From an uncultured Candidatus Saccharibacteria bacterium (GTDB lineage Bacteria; Patescibacteriota; Saccharimonadia; Saccharimonadales; Saccharimonadaceae): a DNA stretch of 64,000 nucleotides. The number at the start of each line of letters is the position of its first letter. Position 1 is the stretch's first letter. Of the stretch, positions 19,784 through 29,779 are shown in pieces. Both the position numbers and the translations under genes were made by a program. A model generated the notes under the pieces. The model saw nothing but the letters and a program-made list of their open reading frames with translations, did no database searches and had not been told where the DNA came from. The stretch is from positions 12,205-76,204 of the forward strand of contig CAQRDK010000005.1 in assembly GCA_948868795.1 (NCBI GenBank), written 5' to 3'.

Positions 19784-20449
19784 TTAAGACTTTTGGCAAA
19801 TGAAGGCAAACGGACAGTCAACGCCGCACGCATCGGGAAGGACTGTTTGAGTCCAAAATTCAATCGGCGCGAGGTGTGCTTTATTCAGAAGTGGGACAAT
19901 ATCCTCGAGGTTGTGTTTATACCATACAATGTAAAGGTCTTCCTTCGACCCTTCAAGCTGATAGCCGCTTTCTGGGAAACAGTTGTTCGTGAAGACAAGC
20001 AAAAACTTACCATCATCAGATAGTAAGTCATGGACTTGTTGGAAAAACTTTTCAATAAGGGATTTATTGAGATGTTGAATAAGGTGAATCGCAAAAATAC
20101 CGTCAAACTTTTCATTTCCTAGCTGATCCAGTTCGGTAGCACCGAGGACAAGATTGCGTGAATTTGGCATTTTCTCGGCCGTGACTTTGACCATTTCCGG
20201 AGACAAGTCAGTTGAAGTGACTTCGTAGCCATGATTGTCTAACCAAACCGAAGTATCGCCAGTCCCGCAAGCGACATTTAGCATTTTCTTGCCATCTTTT
20301 GGCAAATTTTCGAGAAACTTTTGCCAAATATTATTCTTTTCAATAATTTCAAAGTCAGGGACGCCATCGGCGTAATCTGCACCCAAAGCATCATAGCACT
20401 GTCGATTTATTTCAATGACAGCGTTGTTATCTAAATTAGTTTTCTTCAT
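19784..20449 (-). CDS. Class I SAM-dependent methyltransferase
   Basis: LNVACGTG, DLSPEMV, FDGI motifs. Confidence 0.85.
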   Translation of the reverse strand: MKKTNLDNNAVIEINRQCYDALGADYADGVPDFEIIEKNNIWQKFLENLPKDGKKMLNVACGTGDTSVWLDNHGYEVTSTDLSPEMVKVTAEKMPNSRNLVLGATELDQLGNEKFDGIFAIHLIQHLNKSLIEKFFQQVHDLLSDDGKFLLVFTNNCFPESGYQLEGSKEDLYIVWYKHNLEDIVPLLNKAHLAPIEFWTQTVLPDACGVDCPFAFICQKS

Positions 20450-20462
20450 GATCTAGGTAAAA

Positions 20463-20539
20463 TGGTAGTACCGACTGGGATCGAACCAGTGACCTTGGGC
20501 TTATGAGTCCCACGCTCTAACCATCTGAGCTACGGTACC
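20463..20539 (-). tRNA. tRNA-Met/Ile2 (CAT)
   Basis: Cloverleaf GGTACCG...CT CAT AA...TTCGA...CCA; elongator Met versus Ile2 not resolved. Confidence 0.9.
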
Positions 20540-20644
20540 ACAGTTCTGGGGGACAGGAAGTCTCACTACGTTCGACATCCTATCTGCTTTCTTGGAAGAA
20601 AGCCTATTTTATAATATTCTATGAATATTATAAAATCGTCTTCC

Positions 20645-20730
20645 TGGCGGAAGGGACAGGATTCGAACCTGCGAGGCGTTAACCTGCCGGTTTTCAAGAC
20701 CGGTGCCTTCAACCACTCGGCCACCCTTCC
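20645..20730 (-). tRNA. tRNA-Ser (TGA)
   Basis: Cloverleaf with long variable arm, anticodon TGA, CCA end. Confidence 0.95.
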
Positions 20731-20788
20731 GTGTTTCATTATAGCACAGGTTATCGAGGTTGGCAACTTTTCCGACGAGGTTTTGCGG

Positions 20789-21433
20789 CTATGGAGCGCA
20801 AGCGAGTTTCCTGACTGGGTGGCGGAGGACGGTTTTGAGTTTCTCGGGGGCGCAGCGGCGAGGATCGCTGAGATAGATTTCGTGATGATAGCGGGGATTT
20901 TTGATGTCGAGAGTATAGTTGTTGTCGGAGATGAATTGGTTCATGGCAGAGATAGTTGCCGGTTCGTCGTCATAACTGCCGAGGTGAAGACATTGGACGA
21001 CCAAGCCTTCGTCATAAGTCAAAAACTCAACTTTGGAAAAATCTTGTTTCTTCTTCTGCGTGGCTTCTTCAATAGCCCAGTCAAAATCGGCACGCGTGAC
21101 AAAATCGGGTAGGCGAATGACGGAAATAAAGTTCATGTCGGCTTTACGACTATAGTCGAGTAAATCGCAGCCATCTTGCCACCAAAAACCTTCGAGCGGC
21201 GGGACAACATACTCGAAAAAGCCTGAAATTTTGTGCGAAGTTTTATGACTCATTTTGAGCGTGAAAGCGATAGCGTAGAGCAAGCCGATGGAAGCCTTAT
21301 ATTCGCCGCCTTCGAGGTTTGGATCGCCGTGACCACGAACAGCGAGATAGTTCATGGACGGAATCTCGATGAGATGCGGAGTTTTCGGAGGAAGGTAAAA
21401 TTCTTTGTATTCTTTCTTGAAATCGAAGGTCAT
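20789..21433 (-). CDS. GyrI-like small-molecule-binding domain protein
   Basis: YVVPPLEGFWW, HLGSYDDE, HHEIYLSDPR. Confidence 0.85.
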   Translation of the reverse strand: MTFDFKKEYKEFYLPPKTPHLIEIPSMNYLAVRGHGDPNLEGGEYKASIGLLYAIAFTLKMSHKTSHKISGFFEYVVPPLEGFWWQDGCDLLDYSRKADMNFISVIRLPDFVTRADFDWAIEEATQKKKQDFSKVEFLTYDEGLVVQCLHLGSYDDEPATISAMNQFISDNNYTLDIKNPRYHHEIYLSDPRRCAPEKLKTVLRHPVRKLACAP

Positions 21434-21528
21434 AGGTTTAGTATAGCATATGGTGGTTGTAATTTTGACATGGATTTTTAGATGAAACTGGGGAGATATA
21501 GTATATAATAAGATAAAGAACTGGAGGT

Positions 21529-22449
21529 ATGATGACAGCTGAATATAGACCGTATAGCGAGCGCACGCCGGATGAGCAGTATAAGAACTTAATACGAACG
21601 GTGCTGGAGAGGGGGACGTGGGGGCCGTCGCCAATGGTAGATAAAGACGGGAAAGAGGTGCGGACGATTGATCTTCTGGGGGCGCCAGTGTCGAGGTTTA
21701 ATATTCTAGAGAATGGGGTGCCGTTCTTGACAGAAAGAAGCTTGAAGGGGTTTTGGAAAGGGGCAGTTGGTGAACTTTTGGCGTTTATAAATGGGGCGCG
21801 GACGCAAGAAGAATTGGAAGAATATAAGTGTAAATGGTGGAAATCGTGGTGTACGGAGAAAAAGTGCGCGAAACGAGGGCTTGCGGAAGGTGATCTCGGG
21901 CCGGGCTCGTATGGTGCGGCTTTCCATGATTTTCCGACAGCAGAGGGCGAAGCGTTTAACCAGTTCGCGGAGATCTTGAAACAGATGCGCGAGCGACCGG
22001 AGTTGAAAACGCATTTTATTTCGCCGTGGATTCCGCAATATACGATTCGGAATAAGGATCATCAGCAGAAAGTCGTGGTTTGCCCGTGCCACGGGTGGAT
22101 TCATTTCCGGATTCTGGGCGGGAAACTCAGTATGGTAATGTTCCAGCGGAGTTGCGATATTCTGATTGGCTGCCCGAGCAACTGGGTACAATATTCAGCG
22201 TTACTGCTAGCGGTGGCGGATGTTTTGGGGCTGGAACCGCATGAGTTCGTACATATGATTTCCGATGCGCATATTTACGAAAATCAGATTCCGATGATTG
22301 AGGAGTTTTTGGCACGACCGACGCATGCGTTCCCAACTTTGAAGATTGTAAATCGGCACGATAATTTGTTTGATTATCGACCGGATGATTTTGAGCTAAC
22401 GGATTATGAACCGGAGCCGGCGATAAAAGGGATTCCGGTGGCGATTTAG
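21529..22449 (+). CDS. thyA: Thymidylate synthase (divergent)
   Basis: PCH catalytic motif, QRSCD, PSN, DAHIYENQ, DLGPGSYG. Confidence 0.88.
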   Translation: MMTAEYRPYSERTPDEQYKNLIRTVLERGTWGPSPMVDKDGKEVRTIDLLGAPVSRFNILENGVPFLTERSLKGFWKGAVGELLAFINGARTQEELEEYKCKWWKSWCTEKKCAKRGLAEGDLGPGSYGAAFHDFPTAEGEAFNQFAEILKQMRERPELKTHFISPWIPQYTIRNKDHQQKVVVCPCHGWIHFRILGGKLSMVMFQRSCDILIGCPSNWVQYSALLLAVADVLGLEPHEFVHMISDAHIYENQIPMIEEFLARPTHAFPTLKIVNRHDNLFDYRPDDFELTDYEPEPAIKGIPVAI

Positions 22450-22573
22450 GCGTTCGAAGTTTGGTAATTGGGTTTCGAGAGTTAATTAATAAAGGAGTTA
22501 GAATGGAACAGAATACGGTGAAAAAGATGGTGAGCGAGCAAACGATTATTGATGAGGAGACGGGAGTTTTGAA

Positions 22574-23530
22574 ATGCTCGATTCAAAGTTTCTAGAGAAT
22601 GTGAGCGAGGCGCGGAAGGCCGGCAAGTCGATTGGGCTAGTGCAGGGTTCGTGGGACTTGTTCCACCTCGGGCATTTACGATATATTCTGAAGGCGCGGG
22701 GGTTGTGTGATTTCTTGATTATTGCGATGGATAGCGACGAGAAGATTCGCAAACGCAAAGGGCCGACGCGGCCGGTAATCCCGGAGGGGGAGCGGTATGA
22801 GTTTATTTCCCTGCTCGGGATTGCGGATGAAGTTGTCGTGAAAGCGGCGGACGAGCCGAAGTGGCATTTGATTAAGACGGTGAAGCCGGATGTTTTGGTC
22901 GCGATTAAGGAGAATTATACGGACGAACAGGTCGAGAAGTTGGAGAAGTTTTGCGGGAAAGTAGCAGTTTTGCCACGCCAGGCGAAAACTTCGACTTCAG
23001 ATAAAATTCGCCAGATTACACTTAGCAGTCGCTTGCGCAAGGTGGAAGGGGTTGAAGAAAAAGTTGCGAAGGCAGCGGCCGGCATGAAGAAACGAATTCA
23101 TTATTCAAAAGAAATGCCAGAGCCGATTCCGGAACTCTTGAAGGAACTGAGAAAATCGACGGATGATGTTTGTCCGACGGCAGCGGCGTGTTTTTGGAAC
23201 GGGCAGTGGATGTTCGGAACGAACCAGATTGATTTTACAATTCCAGAGTATGATATTCAGAATCGGACAGAGTTGTTTTATGACACGGTTGAACATGCGG
23301 AAATTAACCTTTTGAAGAAGCTTGGAAAAGTAAAAACACTCGAGAATACGGCGTTTTATGTAACGTTGTTCCCTTGCGACCATTGTATGAAAGTTTTGGC
23401 GAATAAGGGCGTGAAAGAGGTTTATTATCTCGAAGATCATCCGGATCGAAACTGGAGCAAGCGTTCGCATGCTTTGGCAGAGAAGAAAGGTATTAAGACG
23501 ATTTGTTTAGTGGAGGGTGGCAATGAGTAG
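22574..23530 (+). CDS. Cytidylyltransferase-like domain fused to dCMP-deaminase-like domain
   Basis: GSWDLFHLGH, KGPTRPV, STS; C-terminal HAE...PCDHC zinc motif. Confidence 0.85.
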   Translation: MLDSKFLENVSEARKAGKSIGLVQGSWDLFHLGHLRYILKARGLCDFLIIAMDSDEKIRKRKGPTRPVIPEGERYEFISLLGIADEVVVKAADEPKWHLIKTVKPDVLVAIKENYTDEQVEKLEKFCGKVAVLPRQAKTSTSDKIRQITLSSRLRKVEGVEEKVAKAAAGMKKRIHYSKEMPEPIPELLKELRKSTDDVCPTAAACFWNGQWMFGTNQIDFTIPEYDIQNRTELFYDTVEHAEINLLKKLGKVKTLENTAFYVTLFPCDHCMKVLANKGVKEVYYLEDHPDRNWSKRSHALAEKKGIKTICLVEGGNE

Positions 23531-24038
23531 CGAAGATGTAGCCGGGGTCGGGGTGGGGATGCCCAGTCCTGAGGTCGGGCGGGGCTGGGGTAAGTATAAA
23601 TACATTTATCCGCCGAATGCGCGGGGGCAGGAGCAGCTGGACATTATGCTGCGGATGGAGGCGGCGGACCGCGATCCGATGGCGCCGGAGTATATCGAGC
23701 AAGAGATTTTGTTCATGACGAAGTATTGGCATGTTTCGCGGAATCGTTTCCCTTATGAGGGGGCGGAGCAGCAGTTTTTGATTGTGGCGGTGGATCCGGT
23801 TTATAAAATCGAAGATATGACGCCGGAGATGTGGCTGGATATGCAGCAGATTTGGTATAAGTTGATGAATGAGTATCAGATGGAAGGCGGGGCGTTCTGT
23901 ATGCGCTTTGGCGATCCGGCACGATCGGGGGCGTCGCTCACAAGGTTGCATGCACACTTAATCATGCCCGCTGAGGGCGAAAAAGTGCGGCCGCCGATTG
24001 GGGGAAAGAAAGCTCTGAAGCCGGGATTACATTTGTAG
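23523..24038 (+). CDS. HIT-family hydrolase
   Basis: NRFPY, RFGD..SGASLTRLHAHLI; GGAGG RBS; overlaps upstream stop. Confidence 0.75.
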   Translation: MSSEDVAGVGVGMPSPEVGRGWGKYKYIYPPNARGQEQLDIMLRMEAADRDPMAPEYIEQEILFMTKYWHVSRNRFPYEGAEQQFLIVAVDPVYKIEDMTPEMWLDMQQIWYKLMNEYQMEGGAFCMRFGDPARSGASLTRLHAHLIMPAEGEKVRPPIGGKKALKPGLHL

Positions 24039-24084
24039 TTAGTGCTTCTAGTTTTTGTAGTCGGCGTTTTGGGGTTGTAGTTGA

Positions 24085-24118
24085 AAAACTCCTCCGCGTT
24101 TCTATATGGAGGAGTTTT
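24085..24118. terminator. Bidirectional terminator
   Basis: AAAACTCCTCC...GGAGGAGTTTT. Confidence 0.7.
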
Positions 24119-24141
24119 CTGATTTTAGGACTCGCGTTGTT

Positions 24142-24843
24142 TTATGCGGCGTTAGTATGGACGGCGGTGACGTCGTCAAGGTCGTCAAGAGCATCAAGAA
24201 GTTTCTCGACTTTTTCTTCGTCGGCTTCGGCGACAGCAATGGTCGTGGTCGGGATGTATTTCAGCTCGGCGTCGGTGACAGTGAGGCCGGAGTCAATCAG
24301 AGCGGCGCGGACTTTCATGAGGTCGCTCGGCGCAGTGAGGATTTCGAGACCTTCATCGGTTTCGTCAACATCTTCGGCGCCGCTATCTAGCGCGGTCATC
24401 ATAGCATCTTCGCCTTTTTCGGAAATCATAATCCAGCCTTTGCGGGCAAACTGGAACATAACGGAACCAGGGTCAGCCATGCGGCCGCCATTCTTCGAGA
24501 GGGTGTTGCGGACTTCTGGCATAGTGCGGTTCTTATTGTCGGTCGCGACTTCGATAATGATGCCAACGCCGCCAGGGCCGTAACCTTCATAAGTTTCTTC
24601 GATGAGAGCAGCGGCGGACTTGTCAGCGACGCGGGCAATAGCACGTTCGATATTCACCTTCGGCATATTTGCCTGACGAGCCTTCTCGAGCATCATCGCG
24701 AGCGACGGGTTCATGTTTGGGTCGGTGCCGGAACGCGCGGCGATAGCGATTTGGTTAGCAATTTTCGTGAAGAGCGCGCCACGCTTTGCGTCGACGACGG
24801 CTTTCTGGCGTTTGGTGGTGGCCCATTTACTGTGTCCGGACAT
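24142..24843 (-). CDS. yebC: YebC/PmpR family protein
   Basis: MSGHSKW, YEGYGPGG, TDNKNRT, LDDLDDV. Confidence 0.95.
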   Translation of the reverse strand: MSGHSKWATTKRQKAVVDAKRGALFTKIANQIAIAARSGTDPNMNPSLAMMLEKARQANMPKVNIERAIARVADKSAAALIEETYEGYGPGGVGIIIEVATDNKNRTMPEVRNTLSKNGGRMADPGSVMFQFARKGWIMISEKGEDAMMTALDSGAEDVDETDEGLEILTAPSDLMKVRAALIDSGLTVTDAELKYIPTTTIAVAEADEEKVEKLLDALDDLDDVTAVHTNAA

Positions 24844-24940
24844 AAGTTTCCTTCCCTATTGTTATTTTGATCAAAACTAGTTGTTTCTATTATACCATAC
24901 TTTTCCAGATACGGAAGACTGGCATGATTATAGATGCTTC

Positions 24941-25387
24941 TTATGAACACTTCGGTTCGATGAAGTGAATCATGGTGGAAAAGTTGCCTTTCCCGTCTAG
25001 GTACTCGAGTTCATAGTCGTATTTGCGATGATAGCAATCGGCTCTTTCGTAGATTTCTTTGACTTCGCTATCTTTTCCAGAGAAAGTTTCCCATTTTGGA
25101 TCGCTAAGCGGTGGGAGAGTTATTTCGCAGGGCGTAGTTTCTAGACTGAGTGAAGCAAAGTCTATAGATGCGAGAGCTTCTACAAGCTCCGAATTATCCT
25201 CGATAGTGCCGAGAGCATAGTCGAAATATTGCCCGTCCGTCGTCCAGTTACAACCCAGCCCGACGAGGTCAATCCACGGGACTATGCCTGCAGCACATTC
25301 CCAAAAGTTGCCAATAGTTTCGACTTGTTGCCAATCAGAGCAATCAAAAGTGGCTTTGATGCCACGGAAAATTGTATTATTATCCAT
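24941..25387 (-). CDS. Hypothetical protein (possibly GyrI-like effector binding)
   Basis: IGNFWE...GLGCNW...DYALG pattern; starts 10 nt after tRNA-Leu. Confidence 0.6.
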   Translation of the reverse strand: MDNNTIFRGIKATFDCSDWQQVETIGNFWECAAGIVPWIDLVGLGCNWTTDGQYFDYALGTIEDNSELVEALASIDFASLSLETTPCEITLPPLSDPKWETFSGKDSEVKEIYERADCYHRKYDYELEYLDGKGNFSTMIHFIEPKCS

Positions 25388-25397
25388 AATGAAATCG

Positions 25398-25484
25398 TGG
25401 TGCCCGAGACAGGGGTTGAACCTGCACCTGATTGCTCAGACTAGCACCTGAAGCTAGCGCGTCTGCCAATTCCGCCACTCGGGC
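25398..25484 (-). tRNA. tRNA-Leu (CAG)
   Basis: Cloverleaf, CTAGC-TT CAG GT-GCTAG, long variable arm, CCA. Confidence 0.95.
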
Positions 25485-25562
25485 ACATGTGTCGACAACT
25501 TGTTCCCGGCGAGGAATAAGTGTAGCTCGCAACGGTGGGTCGACTTGGAGTTATTATATCAC

Positions 25563-25591
25563 AAAATACCCCTGTCTGGTAGGGGTATTTT
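25563..25591 (-). terminator. ftsH terminator
   Basis: AAAATACCCCT...AGGGGTATTTT. Confidence 0.75.
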
Positions 25592-25622
25592 AATGCGTTA
25601 TTTAGTTTCGGTGGCAGTAGAT

Positions 25623-27527
25623 TTAGTGAAGTTTGGCGGCGGCAGGGAGTTTCGCATCTTTAAGAAGCGGAGCAAGTTCTTCTTCCTCGAGGGTTTCTTG
25701 CTTCAGGAGAGCTTCGGCGAGGCGGTCGAGGACAGCGGTGTTTGCTTTCAGAACAGCTTCAGCACGAGCTGCGGCTTCGTCGGAAAGAAGTTTGACTTCT
25801 TGATCGATAAGTTCGGCGGTTTTCTCAGAATAAGGTTTGCCGGTGGCGATAGTATAATAGCCAGTTTCCCCTTCCGGGAAGACGAGGTTGCGAGTTTGTT
25901 TACCCATACCTTCTTCGACAATCATCTCTTTGCTAAGCTGGGCAACATTCTGGAGGTCGGAAGAAGCACCAGTCGTGATGGCTTCAGGGCCGAAAACGAG
26001 TTTCTCGGCGATACGACCACCCATAGCGCGAGCCAGAATATCTTTGAGTTCATAAATATTCTTATAGCTGCGATCTTCGGGCGGGAGGAACCAGGTGACG
26101 CCGCCGGTGTGCCCACGAGGGATAATCGTGACTTTATGGACAGGATCGGAATCCGGTAAGACATGGCCGACAATGGCGTGACCAGCTTCGTGATAAGCGG
26201 TAAGCTTACGTTCATGGTCATTCATGACTTTGCTCTTGCGCTCCGGGCCAATGGCGACACGCTCAAAGGCTTCGGTCAAATCTTGGTTAGTGATTTCTTT
26301 GTGGCCTTCGCGGGCGGCGGTAATGGCGGCTTCGTTTGCGATATTAGCGAGGTCGGCGCCGGAGCTACCAGCGGTTTTTGCGGCGAGAGCGTCGAGATTG
26401 ACGTCCTTCGTGACAGGTTTGTTCTTGAAGTGAACGTTTAAAATCTCAAGACGGTCTTTGCGCTCCGGGAGAGTGACGTTGATATGGCGATCGAAGCGAC
26501 CTGGGCGGAGGAGGGCCTTGTCGAGCATATCAACACGGTTCGTGGCGGCAATGACGATGACGCCAGAGTCATTGTCGAAACCGTCCATCTCAACGAGAAT
26601 TTGGTTCAAAGTCTGCTCGTCTTCGCGGCCAGCACCACCGCGAGCATCGCGTTTATGGGCGACGGCGTCGATTTCGTCGATGAAGATAATTGAGGGGGCA
26701 TTCTTTTTCGCCTTCGCAAAGAGATCGCGAACGCGAGAAGCACCAACACCGACGAACATTTCGGCGAATTCAGAACCGGAAATACTGAAGAATGGCACAG
26801 CAGCTTCGCCGGCGACGGCACGCGCCATGAGGGTTTTACCAGTGCCCGGCTCGCCAGCAAGGAGAACGCCGCGCGGGATTTTGGCGCCAAGTTTTTCGTA
26901 CTTTTTCGGCTCTTTCAAGAAATCAACAACTTCCTCGAGATCTTGTTTCGCAGCTTCGTTCCCGGCAACATCTTTGAAGAGGACTTTTTTCTTGTCGGGA
27001 CCGTAAAGCTTCGCCTTAGCCTTGCCGAAGCCCATGGATTGATTGTTCATGGACTGGGCTTGGCGCATCATAGAGCTAAAGAATAGAATGATAATGATGA
27101 CCGGGATAACGATAATTGCGATATCGAGAGCATAGTCCCAGAAACTGGAGACTTCTTTGTATTCGATGACGGGGTATTTGGACCGGCACTCGGTCAGTTC
27201 ATCACCGTTTTTGTCGACGCAATGGTCGATGAGCCCCTGCTCGTAAAGCGTGCCGGAAGCATCTTTGCGGGAAGTTTGAGAATAACGGTCTTCGCCCTTC
27301 TTGGTGATTTTGAGCGTGCTACCTTCGACGGTAATTTTCGCGATGTCGCCATTTTCGTCGTTCGCACGGGCAATTACGTCAGAGAGCGGGACTTCTTCAA
27401 TGGTTTGGCTCGGAGTAAAGAGGGTGGCAAGCATGCCGCAAAAAATGACGAGCAGAAAAATAAACGAAAACCAGCGGAGAACATTACTTCCCTTTTGTTG
27501 TGGTTTTTTCTTGGTGGCTTGTGGCAC
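25623..27527 (-). CDS. ftsH: ATP-dependent zinc metalloprotease FtsH
   Basis: Two TMs, GEPGTGKT, IFIDE, LLRPGRFDR, HEAGH. Confidence 0.98.
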   Translation of the reverse strand: MPQATKKKPQQKGSNVLRWFSFIFLLVIFCGMLATLFTPSQTIEEVPLSDVIARANDENGDIAKITVEGSTLKITKKGEDRYSQTSRKDASGTLYEQGLIDHCVDKNGDELTECRSKYPVIEYKEVSSFWDYALDIAIIVIPVIIIILFFSSMMRQAQSMNNQSMGFGKAKAKLYGPDKKKVLFKDVAGNEAAKQDLEEVVDFLKEPKKYEKLGAKIPRGVLLAGEPGTGKTLMARAVAGEAAVPFFSISGSEFAEMFVGVGASRVRDLFAKAKKNAPSIIFIDEIDAVAHKRDARGGAGREDEQTLNQILVEMDGFDNDSGVIVIAATNRVDMLDKALLRPGRFDRHINVTLPERKDRLEILNVHFKNKPVTKDVNLDALAAKTAGSSGADLANIANEAAITAAREGHKEITNQDLTEAFERVAIGPERKSKVMNDHERKLTAYHEAGHAIVGHVLPDSDPVHKVTIIPRGHTGGVTWFLPPEDRSYKNIYELKDILARAMGGRIAEKLVFGPEAITTGASSDLQNVAQLSKEMIVEEGMGKQTRNLVFPEGETGYYTIATGKPYSEKTAELIDQEVKLLSDEAAARAEAVLKANTAVLDRLAEALLKQETLEEEELAPLLKDAKLPAAAKLH

Positions 27528-27540
27528 GATGACCTCCTTA

Positions 27541-29592
27541 TTATGGTTTCAGATGTGGCAGATATGCCATATATAATATGTTGCAAAATACATGGGGTGA
27601 TTTTAGTCTGTCGACCAAAAATCTTGAATGGTCTGGGTGATCGGATTTGAACCGACGACCTCGCAGTCCCGAACCGCGCGCGCTACCAGCTGCGCCACAC
27701 CCAGATATATCTATTATGTTATCACAGATTGAGGAAAATGGGAAGGAGTTGCAGAAAAGTTCTGGTGTATTTTGTGGTTGTATGGTATAATTAGTTGTAC
27801 CGGGGCGTAGCACAGTTGGTAGCGCGCAGCGTTTGGGACGCTGAGGTCGCCTGTTCGAGTCAGGTCGCCCCGACCATAGCTTATATAAATGCGATTTTAG
27901 TGAATTCGACCCCTGTAAAATGGGCGAATTTTTTGTTAATGCCCCAGAGAGGGAGTTTTTGATAAGTTCTTGTTCAATTTTGCGCTTGCCCTCATCTAGA
28001 GTTTGAACCCAAGGGTACGGTTTTACCTCTATAACTTTGGTTGTTAATGCCTTAGTAGATTTTTGTGGAACAACGATTGCTTCGTTTAACTCGTCAATGT
28101 CGACTTGACGAAGAGTAGCTTTTGGACCGATGGCGAGCAGGATCGCCCTGCGCTCGCCAATGTCTTCTGCTAATTCAAACTTTTCTTTAGGACTAGTTAG
28201 TGTGTTCAGAGTTTTACCGATAATCTCATACCATTTACGCTGACGCTCTTCGTTATCTTCTGATGAGCGTTTAATATCTTCCATTAGAGACTGAATGTGT
28301 TTAGACTCCTTCGTAAACAACTCATCATCGATAATACCTCTTGTGCGCATATTAACTAGTTCATGTAATTGTTTCTCACAATCGTCCATACTCGCATTCT
28401 TAATCTTCGCAATATCATATCGTTCTAATAGTTCCTTTTCTCTAATACCGTCTAAGATTTCCATTGCCCACTGATAGAGGAGTGGGTGAAGCGTATAATG
28501 GTCAAGAATTGTGTCAATTTGCCTAAAGGCTTCTTTTTCGCTAATTGTTCCACGCATATTGCATTTACGATAGGGGCTTTTCTTAGTACATTTATAATAC
28601 ATATGCTCCGCATAAGTGCCGTCAGATAGGGGTCGGTCATGATGTTCGCCAATAATGGAACAACCGCAGTGAGCGCAGCTTAGTAGACCCTTAAGTTCAT
28701 AACGCGTAGACTTGACTAGTGTTTTAGGGCGGAGATTATGGTCTTCCGCATATTTACTTTTAAGACGCTGTACTCTCCAATATTCATCTTCAGTAATCAT
28801 AGGTTGCCAAGCTCCTTGGTGGAAGATATTTTTATCTTCAATATCTCGCACTTTACCCATATAGAACGGATTTTCTAAGATACCATGTAGTCCGCCAAGC
28901 GTTAAGGGCTTGCCGCCAACCTTTTTACGTTTCAGGGTAGTAAAATGATAATCTTCGTTTAAGATACAAAGCAAATCAGGCACAGTATAATTTCCAGTAA
29001 GATATAGCTTGAACATTCGTTGGAGGACGTAAAAACGTTCTGGATCAATGATAACTGTTGGTTGATTATTTTCATCCCGTGAGTTTAGGTAGCCTTGCGG
29101 AGCAACTCCAGTACAATGACCGTGCTTGTTTTTGCTTCGTACTCCTCTAGTAACGTTTTTACTCAAATCAATCGAGTACTGAGTAGCCATGCTCGCTTCA
29201 ACTCCGAAGACGATAGTATTGTCTTCTGGACGATAGACTCGGTCGTTTGTATGAATTAACTTTAACTTACCATCAATAAGCAGCTGCTGAATAATGCCGT
29301 TTTCTTTAGGGTTGCGAGCTAGGCGATTTGTTTGCCAACAGATAATACCATTCGCCTTACCCTGTTCGATCATTCGTACCATTTGGTCAAACTTTGGACG
29401 GTTATTACACTTACTAGCGGAAGCAGCCTCTTGGAAAATCTTGACAACTTTATAGTTGTTCTTTGCTACAATTTGTTTCGCAATATCTAACTGGTCGGGG
29501 AGCGAAGCCATCTGACGGTCTTCACCTTCTGTAGATTTGCGTGCGTAGACAATAAACTTTAAGTCCTTTGGGTTCACGCTTGTTATACTCAT
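27541..29592 (-). CDS. Large serine recombinase (integrated form; last ~108 aa are read-through across tRNA genes)
   Basis: YARKS catalytic motif, NRLARN, recombinase domain NPFYMG, Zn ribbon CAHCG...YYKC, coiled coil. Confidence 0.93.
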   Translation of the reverse strand: MSITSVNPKDLKFIVYARKSTEGEDRQMASLPDQLDIAKQIVAKNNYKVVKIFQEAASASKCNNRPKFDQMVRMIEQGKANGIICWQTNRLARNPKENGIIQQLLIDGKLKLIHTNDRVYRPEDNTIVFGVEASMATQYSIDLSKNVTRGVRSKNKHGHCTGVAPQGYLNSRDENNQPTVIIDPERFYVLQRMFKLYLTGNYTVPDLLCILNEDYHFTTLKRKKVGGKPLTLGGLHGILENPFYMGKVRDIEDKNIFHQGAWQPMITEDEYWRVQRLKSKYAEDHNLRPKTLVKSTRYELKGLLSCAHCGCSIIGEHHDRPLSDGTYAEHMYYKCTKKSPYRKCNMRGTISEKEAFRQIDTILDHYTLHPLLYQWAMEILDGIREKELLERYDIAKIKNASMDDCEKQLHELVNMRTRGIIDDELFTKESKHIQSLMEDIKRSSEDNEERQRKWYEIIGKTLNTLTSPKEKFELAEDIGERRAILLAIGPKATLRQVDIDELNEAIVVPQKSTKALTTKVIEVKPYPWVQTLDEGKRKIEQELIKNSLSGALTKNSPILQGSNSLKSHLYKLWSGRPDSNRRPQRPKRCALPTVLRPGTTNYTIQPQNTPELFCNSFPFSSICDNIIDISGCGAAGSARGSGLRGRRFKSDHPDHSRFLVDRLKSPHVFCNILYMAYLPHLKP
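27629..27704 (-). tRNA. tRNA-Pro (CGG)
   Basis: Cloverleaf, loop TT CGG GA, CCA. Confidence 0.93.
27801..27876 (+). tRNA. tRNA-Pro (TGG), integration target
   Basis: Cloverleaf, loop TT TGG GA, ends CCCGACCA. Confidence 0.95.
27869..27876 (+). repeat. att core copy 1 (attL), CCCGACCA
   Basis: tRNA-Pro 3' end; encodes WSG in the recombinase frame. Confidence 0.8.
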
Positions 29593-29779
29593 AATAATTT
29601 GTCTCCTTAAATTAATTTTCGTTATTTTGACATAAAAAGTATAGACCTTTGTTTTTCAACAGGTTATAACTGGTTTTCTAAAAGGTCTATGCTTTTAGCG
29701 GTGCGAGGCTAATGTTTAAAAATCTTGCGATATCTTCCGATTAGCCGATGTACCGTTGTAATTGATTATGTTTTTACTC

